From contig JBFGLM010000009.1 in the NCBI GenBank assembly GCA_041576165.1, forward strand, positions 1 to 64,000: DNA of 64,000 bases, read 5' to 3'. Below are positions 56,087 through 64,000 of the stretch, piece after piece. The notes below the pieces were generated by a model. It saw only the letters and a list, made by a program, of their open reading frames with translations, was not told the DNA's origin and did not search any database. The DNA is from Acidimicrobiia bacterium (GTDB lineage Bacteria > Actinomycetota > Acidimicrobiia > Spongiisociales > Spongiisociaceae). Numbering within the stretch: the stretch's first letter is position 1; every line of letters begins with the position of its first letter. A program made the translations under genes and the position numbers.

Positions 56087-56848
56087 ATGAAGATCGTACG
56101 AGTACAGACCGAAGAAGGAATTCGCTACGGAGGAGTAGAGGAGGAGGGGATTCGCTTGCACGAGGGGACCCCTCTCGTCGCGTGGGAGCCCACCGAGGTG
56201 ATCCTCGAGTTCGGTCACGTTCAACTCCTCGCCCCGATCTTTCCGACCAAGGTGGTGGCGCTCGGCCGTAACTACGAAGACCACGCGGCCGAGTTCAACA
56301 ATCCAGTTCCGGAGCGCCCGATGATCTTCATCAAACCCAATACGACGGTGATCGGACCCGACGCCCCGATCGTCATCCCGCCCGGATCGACCAACGTCCA
56401 CTACGAAGGTGAGCTAGCGGTCGTCATCGGGACTCTGGCGAAACGGGTGGCGGCGGAGGACGTTCACAGCGTCATTCTCGGCTACACCATCGGCAACGAC
56501 GTCACGGAACGGGACCATCAACAGCAGGACGGTCAGTTCACCCGCGGGAAAGGCTATGACACCTTTTGCCCGCTGGGGCCGGCCATCGAAACCGAGTTCG
56601 ATCCGCTCGAGCCCGTGTTCGTCGAGACCCGGCTCAACGGCGAATTGAAACAGAGCGCCTCGATTCAGGACATGGTGTTCGGTGTGGCCGAACAGATCGA
56701 GTTCATCTCGAACATCATGACGTTGCTGCCCGGCGATGTGATCCTCACCGGCACCCCGTCAGGCGTCGGCCCGATGAAGCCGGGCGACGAAGTTGAAGTG
56801 TCGATCGACGGGATCGGGAGCCTCCGCAATCCCGTGGTGGCTACGTGA
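56087..56848 (+). CDS. Fumarylacetoacetate hydrolase family protein
   Basis: GRNYEDHA, HYEGEL, GNDVT, KGYDTFCPLGP, TGTPSGV; usual position upstream of gltX. Confidence 0.92.
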   Translation: MKIVRVQTEEGIRYGGVEEEGIRLHEGTPLVAWEPTEVILEFGHVQLLAPIFPTKVVALGRNYEDHAAEFNNPVPERPMIFIKPNTTVIGPDAPIVIPPGSTNVHYEGELAVVIGTLAKRVAAEDVHSVILGYTIGNDVTERDHQQQDGQFTRGKGYDTFCPLGPAIETEFDPLEPVFVETRLNGELKQSASIQDMVFGVAEQIEFISNIMTLLPGDVILTGTPSGVGPMKPGDEVEVSIDGIGSLRNPVVAT

Positions 56849-58311
56849 GCGTGCGACTGCGCATCGCGCCATCGCCGACCGGACTGCTCCACGTTGGGAA
56901 CGCCCGCTCGGCCGTCTTCAACTGGCTCTACGCCCGGCGGATGGGCGGCACCTTCATCGTGCGGGTGGACGACACCGACCGGTCGCGCAGCGAGCCGCAG
57001 TATGAGGACGACCTGCTGGCCGGCTTTCGCTGGTTGGGCCTGGACTGGGACGAGGGGGTGGAGGTTGGTGGTCTCCACGGCAGCTACCGGCAGAGTGATC
57101 GGATCGACCGGTACCGGGAGGTGGCCGAGAGCCTGATCGAGCGGGAGCTGGCCTATTACAGCTTCCGGCCCTCCGAGGAGCTGGAGGAGCTGCGGACCCG
57201 GGCACAGAAAGAGGGAAAACCCCCTGGTTTCTACATACGCGGCCCGGAGATGCCACTGGACGAGGCGCAGGAGCGGGTCGCAGCGGGCGAGGCCGCGGTC
57301 GTTCGCATGGCGATCCCCGACGAGCTGGTTGTCTTCGACGATGTTGTGCGGGGCGACATGGAATTCACTCACGCCGCCATCGACGACTTCATCATCCTGC
57401 GCTCCGACGGGTCGCCCACATATCACCTCGCTTCTACGGTGGACGACGTCGACTACGAGATCACCCATGTCGCCCGGGGTGAGGACTTGCTCTCTTCGAC
57501 CCCAAAACACATTGTCCTGACCGACGCGATGGGCGCCACCCGTCCCACGTACGCCCATCTCCCGCTGCTGTTCGGCCCGGACGGCAAGAAGCTGTCGAAG
57601 CGTCACGGCGACACGTCGGTGCGGGCCTACCGGGAACAGGGGATCCTGGCGGACGCGATGTTCAACTACATGAGCCTGCTGGGCTGGTCACTCGATCCCG
57701 AGAACGAGGTTTTCAGCCGGGAGGACGCGGTTGCGGCGTTCGACCTGGCCGATGTATCGAAGAGCCCGGCCGTGTTCGATCCGAAAAAGCTTCAATGGAT
57801 GAACGGGCTGTACATTCGCAAGATGGCCGCGGCCGACTTCCAAGTGCGAGCCACCGCCGCATTGGAGGAGGATGTGGGCCGCGACCTGACCGCCGACGAG
57901 CGGGCCCAGCTGGCCGAGGTGGCGCCGCTCGCGCAGGAGCGGGTGGCGCTGCTCACCGAGATCGCCGACAGCGTGCGCTACCTGTTCGTCGACGACATCG
58001 AGACCGACGAGGCGGCCTGGGGAAAGACTATGAAAACGGACGCACCGCGGGCAGTGGCGGCCGCCATTGCGGCCTTGGAGGCGCTCAAAGAGTGGTCGAC
58101 GCCCGGGATCGAAGCGGCCTTGAAGGCCATGCTGGACACCGAGGAGCTGAACCCGCGCAAGGGCCTTCAGCCGTTGCGAGTTGCGATCTCGGGGTCGAAC
58201 GTGTCGCTGCCCCTCTACGAGTCGATGCACGCCTTGGGCCGGGACCGCACGCTACAGCGGCTGCGGGCAGCGGGGGAGCGCCTGGCCAGCGAGGGCGCCG
58301 CCCGCGAGTGA
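56845..58311 (+). CDS. gltX: Glutamate--tRNA ligase
   Basis: APSPTG..HVGN, RGED, KLSKR. Confidence 0.96.
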   Translation: MSVRLRIAPSPTGLLHVGNARSAVFNWLYARRMGGTFIVRVDDTDRSRSEPQYEDDLLAGFRWLGLDWDEGVEVGGLHGSYRQSDRIDRYREVAESLIERELAYYSFRPSEELEELRTRAQKEGKPPGFYIRGPEMPLDEAQERVAAGEAAVVRMAIPDELVVFDDVVRGDMEFTHAAIDDFIILRSDGSPTYHLASTVDDVDYEITHVARGEDLLSSTPKHIVLTDAMGATRPTYAHLPLLFGPDGKKLSKRHGDTSVRAYREQGILADAMFNYMSLLGWSLDPENEVFSREDAVAAFDLADVSKSPAVFDPKKLQWMNGLYIRKMAAADFQVRATAALEEDVGRDLTADERAQLAEVAPLAQERVALLTEIADSVRYLFVDDIETDEAAWGKTMKTDAPRAVAAAIAALEALKEWSTPGIEAALKAMLDTEELNPRKGLQPLRVAISGSNVSLPLYESMHALGRDRTLQRLRAAGERLASEGAARE

Positions 58312-58365
58312 CGTTTGGTCGATGACGTAGTGGGGCGGGCATCGGCCTAAGATCTGTCTGCTTCT

Positions 58366-58438
58366 GGCCCCGTCGTCCAGCGGCCTAGGACGCCGGCCTT
58401 TCAAGCCGGTAACGCGGGTTCGAATCCCGTCGGGGCTG
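58366..58438 (+). tRNA. tRNA-Glu (TTC)
   Basis: Acceptor GGCCCCG/CGGGGCT; anticodon arm CCGGC-CTTTCAA-GCCGG; T arm GGTTCGAATCC; CCA not encoded. Confidence 0.95.
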
Positions 58439-58540
58439 CGAGGTTAAAACCCCTGGTCAGCGGGGGTCTCAGCTGGTCTGAGGCTCACCAGCCGCCACGG
58501 TTTGGGCCACGCCTGGGCGACGAACGGATTGCGCGATTGC

Positions 58541-58830
58541 TGTGCTCCTTCGGTTGATACTGGACGTTGTGGCTCCGGTAGGTGGGTTCCACTTTGTGGA
58601 CGCGGTTCCGGTTGCTGGGCGACGGTGGCTCCGGTTCCTGGGTGACATCTGCTGGTTCCATGCTCCTCGGCTGGTCCGAGGAGGTCGTGTTGGTGGAGCT
58701 GGGTGTTGTGGAGCAGCGGTATCAGGCGGTGTTGAAGGTGTTGGCGGGGGCGTCGGTGACGGGGGTGGCTTGTCGGTATGGGGTTGCTCGTCAGACGGTG
58801 CACACGTGGCTGCGGCGGTATGCCGCCGGT
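58541..58830 (+). mobile_element. IS481-family remnant (left end plus transposase N-terminus)
   Basis: TGT terminus at 58541; GTGGCTCCGGT repeats; from GTG 58687 reads LVELGVVEQRYQAVLKVLAGASVTGVACRYGVARQTVHTWLRRY. Confidence 0.8.
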
Positions 58831-59230
58831 GAGCGAACTCGTGGTGCACCACGTTGTGGCCGCGTTCGGGATGGCGCGCCGCCGCCAGGGCGGCGTCCCA
58901 GGCGACCAGGACCGGCCCGTGGAGGAGGGCCTCACCGGAAAGCGCGGTCGGCGCGTGGCGTTCGATGCCGTCGCCGATGACGTGCCGGCCGCGGCGGATC
59001 ACCGTGGACGGGTAGACGATGATCGCGCCCACGTCCCGGTACCACTCGTGACCGAGCCCCAGCACCAGCAGCGAGGCCTCGGCGGCGATGGTGACCTTCA
59101 CGTCCTCGCAGGCTTCGAACCCGGCGGCGGCCTCGAAGGTCTTCGTGGCCAGGAAGATGCGCACGAGGTCCTCGAGGCGGGATCGCTCGTCGGCGTTCAG
59201 TTCGTTCCACCAGCGCAGCCGGTCGGCAGT
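58829..59230 (-). pseudogene. MtfA/M90 zinc-dependent peptidase fragment
   Basis: FLATKTFE..TIAAEASLL..IIVYP..GEA..GPVLVAW..GHNVVHHEFAH, cut right after HExxH; no proper N-terminus. Confidence 0.75.
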
Positions 59231-59298
59231 GAGGCTGGCTCCATGCACCTGAACGGCGTGGGTCCTGAGCTTGGATGACCGCGACCCGGAGGGGGTGC

Positions 59299-62200
59299 CT
59301 AGCGTCTGCTGGAGGCCATGTCGAGCACGCCCCCCAGTCCGAGTGTCTCGGCCGTGGCGCGAGCTCGGGAGAGGAGGTCGACGGACCGTGCCGGGTCGCT
59401 TTCGGCGAGAGCTCCTCCGTGTGCCGCTTGCGTCAGCGCTGTGAACGCCGGTGCCTGGAGCCGTTGGTGGATCGCTGCCGCCGCGGTGAAGGTGGCGTCG
59501 GCCGCGGCGGCATCGCCGAGAATCGTGTGCATCAATCCGACGAAGAATTGGCCGGCAGGGAGGGGAGTCCACGGAACCCCGCTCATCAGGTCGCTCACGG
59601 GTTCGAAGGCCGTGATCGCGGCCTCAGCCCACGCTGGATCGCCGAGGTGCCACACGGCCATGGCGCAGGTAGCGAGAGCGATGCTGCCGAGGAATAGCTC
59701 GGGAAGACGAGGCAGGCGGTCAAGGCGCACCCGATGGAGCAGCTCCCGGGCCGCCGACTCGTTGCCGCCAGCGGCCTCCGTCCAAGCCAGCGTGCACCGT
59801 GTCGGCTGGCCTCCGAATCGCTCGTGGAGGGCAGCCACTCGCTGCCGGGATGCTGCGATGTCTCCCTCGAGCCAGTCGATCACCAGCCGTTGCCACATGT
59901 GGGTGCCTAGCGATGAGTCGCCCCAGCCTCCGATTTCTGCGGCCCGGTCCGCTGCCGTCTTTGCCAAGGGCAGGCGGCCCTCGACAATGGCGACGGCCGC
60001 CTCGAGCTGAAAGCCGACGGTTGCGATCCAATCCGGGGTTCGGGGATCGTCGGGCTCGAGGGCTGCGACCACAGCCCGGTAGGCCTCGCCGTCGGCGCGC
60101 CAGTACTGCGGACACGACACGCCAGTGGAGTAGCCTGCGGCCACGGGCACATCGAGGAGTTGAGGTAGCCCGGTGTTTGTGTGGGCGCTCATCTCGGCGA
60201 GTTCTTGCTCGATCCGATCCACCTCTTCGAGAGCTAGTGGGCAGTTGATGGCGATGTGTCGCGTGACCAGCGTGGCCGCCAGGGTTGCCGGGTTGGGCTC
60301 ATCGCGAGCCAGCGCCACGGCTTCTGCGGTCACCCGATCGCGTTCGCCGAGGGGAGCGGTGAAGATCGAGAAAGCGGCCAGGCCGGCCTGGAGCCTCGCC
60401 CGGCTCAGCCGATCGTCGGCGGGACAACGTTCGAGCGCGGCCTGCAGCAGCTGTGGTGCGCGCGGGTCGAAGTTGGCATACCACGGATTACCCGCCCAGC
60501 AGCCGAGGGCCGCCTCGGTGAGCAGGTCGAACTGGTCCTGTTCGATCGCCCCGGCGGCCGCTCCTTCGAACCAGGGGACGCCCGCGGCAGCCCGGCCGGC
60601 GAAGTTGAGCGCGTTGCCGATCTCGAGTGCCAGTTCGGCACGCACAACCGGATCGTCTGCTATCGCGAGTGCGCCCTCGAGCAGCGATACCGCCTGGTCA
60701 GGGCTCCCCTTGGTGACGGCTTCCTTGGCTGCGCTTCGCGTCGCACCGATCGCGTCGGCCTTCCCCACGAGCGGTGTGGCAGCAAGGAGGTGATGCGCGA
60801 CCTCCGCACTCGGGCCACCCCGCTGCTCCAGCGCGGCGGCGAGGTCCCGGTGAATGCGCGTGCGGCGGCTTCGCGACGTGTTGGCGGTGATGACATCGAC
60901 CATGAGGCGATGGGTGAACTGGTAGCGATCGAATCGATTCGGCACCTCGATGAGAAACCGCGCCGCTGCTGCCTCCTCGACGGCGTGGACGGCGTCTCTC
61001 TCTCCGAGGCCCGTGATCTCCGCGATCAAGCCGAGGTCGAACTCCGCACCCGCGACTGCGCCGGTAGTGAGCAGGTCTACGGTGGCGTCACCCAACCGGC
61101 CGACTCTTGACTCCAAGAGGGCCTGAATCGACCGGGGCACGGCTGCGGAGCTCTCGCTGTGATCGCGCGCATAGCGGACAAGTTCGGACACGAAGAAGGG
61201 ATGTCCTGCGGTCTGTTCCCAGAGCGCTTCGGCGTCAACATTTGCCTGGCTGCGGTCGACCAGCAACCGCAAGTCGTCGGCATCGAGGCCACCAACCTCC
61301 AAGACCTGCACCTGGGGGAGTCGTTCCAAGCTCCCCAGCCAGGTGGCGCCCTCGTTTCCTGGTTCACCTGCGCCATCGCGGCACGTGACGAACAACCCCA
61401 CAGCCCCTCCATCGGCTTGGTGCAGCATACGTTCGAGGAGGATCCGTGTAGCCGGATCGGCCCACTGAACGTCGTCGATGAGCAAGGCGGTGGCTTGACG
61501 AGATGCGGCCTCCCGCACGATTCGGTTGAGGCCGGCCAGCAGTCGCCAGCGCTCGGTTTCCGCGTCGGGATCGGGCGTCCCCACGCTGACCCCGGCGTGC
61601 GCCGCGAACGCCGGGAAGTGGCGGCCAACCTCGTCGAGATAGGGGCCGGCGTCCGCTTTCACGGTCGCAGCATCCTGGTTCCGGAGGTACATATCGACAG
61701 CGCCCTGAAACGGAAGCAACGGCGCGGTCATTCCCTCCTCGCATCGGCCGCTGAGCACGAGCCCGCCGGCGGCCCGAATCTCCCGAGCCGTCTCGACGAG
61801 AAGCCGAGTCTTGCCCACCCCGGCCTGGCCCACCAGGAACACAGCAACGCACGCGCCCGCGGTAACTTCCATCCAGATGTCGTGGAGCACCTTCAGCTCT
61901 CGGACGCGACCAACGAAGGGGAACTCTTCGTCAACCAGAATCCCGACCCCCGCAGGGGCTGGGATGGGAGTCTCCGACCAATCGAGAGCCCAGCACCGAA
62001 CGCTCCCGAGCCCTTTGAGCTCGATGTCACCGCGATCGATCAGTGGGAATCCCTCCCACGAGCCGGCGAGCGTCCGGACGACGTCAGAGACGAGGATCTC
62101 GTCATCGGCCGCAGCCGCGCACAGACGGGCCGCTTCAACCACCGGGGTGCCGAACACATCCCCCCCAACCTGGGATACGTCGCCCGCGCTGAGACCTACG

Positions 62201-62493
62201 CGCAACTGGATCGGCCCGCCCTCGCGGCGAGTAGCGGCGCGGTTGCATACCACGATCTCGGCCGCCGACGCCAGCGCAGCTCCAGCGCTCGTGAAAACCG
62301 CCATGACGCCGTCGCCCGTCCCCTTCACGACGCGGCCCTGGTGACGCTTGATGACCTCAATCTGCGTCGATTCCACCATTTCGCGCAGCTTCTCGGCCTT
62401 CGCGTCGCCAAGACGCCGTCTGCCCTCGGTGGAACCGACCACGTCGGTGAACAAGACAGTGGCCGTTCCGAGCTGGCTTTGTTCCACTGCCAT
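59299..62493 (-). CDS. Class III nucleotidyl cyclase fused to a STAND/AAA ATPase
   Basis: Start MAVEQSQLGTATVLFTDVVGST (62493); VKGTGDG; GQAGVGKT; LIDDVQWAD; GHPFF. Confidence 0.85.
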   Translation of the reverse strand: MAVEQSQLGTATVLFTDVVGSTEGRRRLGDAKAEKLREMVESTQIEVIKRHQGRVVKGTGDGVMAVFTSAGAALASAAEIVVCNRAATRREGGPIQLRVGLSAGDVSQVGGDVFGTPVVEAARLCAAAADDEILVSDVVRTLAGSWEGFPLIDRGDIELKGLGSVRCWALDWSETPIPAPAGVGILVDEEFPFVGRVRELKVLHDIWMEVTAGACVAVFLVGQAGVGKTRLLVETAREIRAAGGLVLSGRCEEGMTAPLLPFQGAVDMYLRNQDAATVKADAGPYLDEVGRHFPAFAAHAGVSVGTPDPDAETERWRLLAGLNRIVREAASRQATALLIDDVQWADPATRILLERMLHQADGGAVGLFVTCRDGAGEPGNEGATWLGSLERLPQVQVLEVGGLDADDLRLLVDRSQANVDAEALWEQTAGHPFFVSELVRYARDHSESSAAVPRSIQALLESRVGRLGDATVDLLTTGAVAGAEFDLGLIAEITGLGERDAVHAVEEAAAARFLIEVPNRFDRYQFTHRLMVDVITANTSRSRRTRIHRDLAAALEQRGGPSAEVAHHLLAATPLVGKADAIGATRSAAKEAVTKGSPDQAVSLLEGALAIADDPVVRAELALEIGNALNFAGRAAAGVPWFEGAAAGAIEQDQFDLLTEAALGCWAGNPWYANFDPRAPQLLQAALERCPADDRLSRARLQAGLAAFSIFTAPLGERDRVTAEAVALARDEPNPATLAATLVTRHIAINCPLALEEVDRIEQELAEMSAHTNTGLPQLLDVPVAAGYSTGVSCPQYWRADGEAYRAVVAALEPDDPRTPDWIATVGFQLEAAVAIVEGRLPLAKTAADRAAEIGGWGDSSLGTHMWQRLVIDWLEGDIAASRQRVAALHERFGGQPTRCTLAWTEAAGGNESAARELLHRVRLDRLPRLPELFLGSIALATCAMAVWHLGDPAWAEAAITAFEPVSDLMSGVPWTPLPAGQFFVGLMHTILGDAAAADATFTAAAAIHQRLQAPAFTALTQAAHGGALAESDPARSVDLLSRARATAETLGLGGVLDMASSRR

Positions 62494-62846
62494 TGAGCCT
62501 ACCGATGGCCGGTCGAACGCGGCGTGGCCGCTACGTGCTCGGAGCCACCACCCGGCATCTGAGGACGGCCTGTGCCTACTCAGGCCGACCACCTGGGCCG
62601 CCCCGTCATCCTCGGCCTCGTGGTCACAGGCCTCCCCATCGCCCGGAACATGGGCCCTGCCCGTCGAGTCCGAATCGATACACGGTGACGATCCAACAAC
62701 CGGCGGCGTATGCCGCCGCGCCCATCGGCTGCTCTGACCCACACGAGACCATCCCCGATCACCCGCTCTGCTCGATAACGAACCGACACGTGAAGCGAGC
62801 CGATCGGCACCTCGGCGCTCGGTCGAGGCGAGGTGTCGCGTCGGCT

Positions 62847-63495
62847 TCATGGCGACGTAGCAACGGTCTCGATTTGTCGGCAGGTGGCTTCGAGCGCAGC
62901 ATCCCGATCGACGAGTTCTGACAGCTCTTGCGACCGGGTCGCCGTGTCCCAGCTGAGGGACAACTCCACCGCTTGCAGGGCCCGCGTGCCGCGGAAACGA
63001 CCCATGGGGAGGAGACCACCTGCTCCCAGGTCGGCCAGGCGCGAGCCGTTGTCTGGCTGATCGAACCCTGAGTAGGGCCACGAGGTGGGGGATGCCGGCT
63101 GCGAGTGCCTGCGCGATGCTGCCAATGCCGCCGTGGGATACCAGGGCGCGTGATCGGGGTAGCAGCCGCGTGAACGGCGCGTAGGTTTCGTGACGAATCG
63201 TCGGTGGCAACGAATTTGGTACCACGGAGGCGTCGCGGGTCACGAAGACCCCACGAAGGTCCAGGGTTGCACAGATCGACTGGGCCGTGCGGAAGAATGT
63301 GGCGGCGCGGATGTTGGCGGTGCCGGCGGTGAACACCACGGGCGGTGTCCCCCGGGCGATCCAAGCCTCCAGCTCGCCGCCGAGCGGTTCGGCATCGTCG
63401 TAGAGCGGGAACCCGGTGAGGCGTACGAATTTCGGCCAGTCGGGCTGCGGCGGGCCATACCACTCGGGGAACAAACCGAGATGGCGGAGCGGGCC
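62847..63495 (-). pseudogene. GT1 (rhamnosyl/UDP-glycosyltransferase-like) C-terminal fragment, frameshifted
   Basis: LGLFPEWYGPPQPDWP..HGGIGSIAQALAAGIP in one frame; GFDQPDNGSRLADLG..* in another; shift near 63070. Confidence 0.78.
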
Positions 63496-63570
63496 GGGAT
63501 CGAGAAGCGGGTCCATCCGGATGGCCTGCGGCATACGATGGCGTTCGAGCTGATGATGGAAGGCGTTGCA
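63484..63570 (+). mobile_element. Tyrosine recombinase remnant
   Basis: AERAGIEKRVHPDGLRHTMAFELMMEGV resembles the box II HPHxLRHT motif. Confidence 0.6.
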
Positions 63571-63838
63571 TGTCTCCTTCGACCTTCACCCTAAAAGGGC
63601 GATGACGCCGGCTTTGCATGACATGGAATCCCGGTTCGTGCCCCGCTTCGCCTAATGAGCTCCATGCCGCCGACGGAGAACGCGTCATGCGCGCCAAATG
63701 GGAGTGTTAGATCGGCCGCGAAAAGCGCTCAAACTCTCGCAATGGCACCCGGACCCAGATGGCTCTGATCCGGATCGATATCACGCCGTGTCCGACTCGC
63801 GCAGACCGGCAGCTCCGTGCGACGTCATGGCAGAGGTG

Positions 63839-64000
63839 TCACACCTGTTCGATGATTGCCCCGTACCGTTGCTGCGCCGCCTGCGCAGAAGTTCCGAGCA
63901 GCTCGCCGATCCTCGCCCAAGAGATACCGGCAGCACGTGCCGCGGCCACTGCGTCGAGGATCTGACGTTCGCTCCGGGCGCGGGCCATCGCGGCCCGCTG
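63839..64000 (-). CDS. C-terminus of a small HTH protein (antitoxin-like); 5' end outside the window
   Basis: Manual translation: QRAAMARARSERQILDAVAAARAAGISWARIGELLGTSAQAAQQRYGAIIEQV*. Confidence 0.7.
   Translation of the reverse strand, partial: QRAAMARARSERQILDAVAAARAAGISWARIGELLGTSAQAAQQRYGAIIEQV

Noticed and set aside
58565-58650. CRISPR-like short repeats
   Set aside because: Short, irregular GTGGCTCCGGT units are better explained as IS481 subterminal repeats; no cas genes.
63645-63672. dif/Xer site
   Set aside because: Only the left arm (GCTTCGCCTAA) resembles dif; the right arm does not match.

Overview
High-GC, gene-dense bacterial window. An Actinomycetota origin, probably Acidimicrobiia-like, is inferred from leaderless TANNNT promoters, an F420/PPOX protein, a DUF4032 protein, cyclase-STAND proteins and the gltX-tRNA-Glu arrangement. 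All family assignments come from motif recognition by eye; no searches were run. 1.6-22 kb is an aromatic catabolic region. It has a lower meta-cleavage operon (tautomerase, three hydratase/decarboxylase paralogs, Rieske ferredoxin, HAD), an IclR regulator with an unknown partner protein, and a divergent operon. That operon holds two catechol 2,3-dioxygenases, a histidine phosphatase, a split PEP-synthase-like aryl-kinase pair (PpsAB/CreHI type), a Rieske oxygenase and a small Cys4 protein. This is the best candidate for an undescribed system: an aerobic, phosphorylation-primed route from a phenol to a catechol. 22.7-35.3 kb is a second catabolic module (orphan Mo-hydroxylase large subunit, dehydrogenases, RidA, Liv-type ABC transporter) whose promoters share a 21-bp operator-like motif. 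35-58 kb is mostly housekeeping (glgA, GH57, gatCAB, ECF sigma pair, serA, pgpA, S9 peptidase, gltX, tRNA-Glu). Downstream of the tRNA is a decayed island with IS481, MtfA-like peptidase, glycosyltransferase and tyrosine-recombinase remnants around an intact cyclase-STAND gene.
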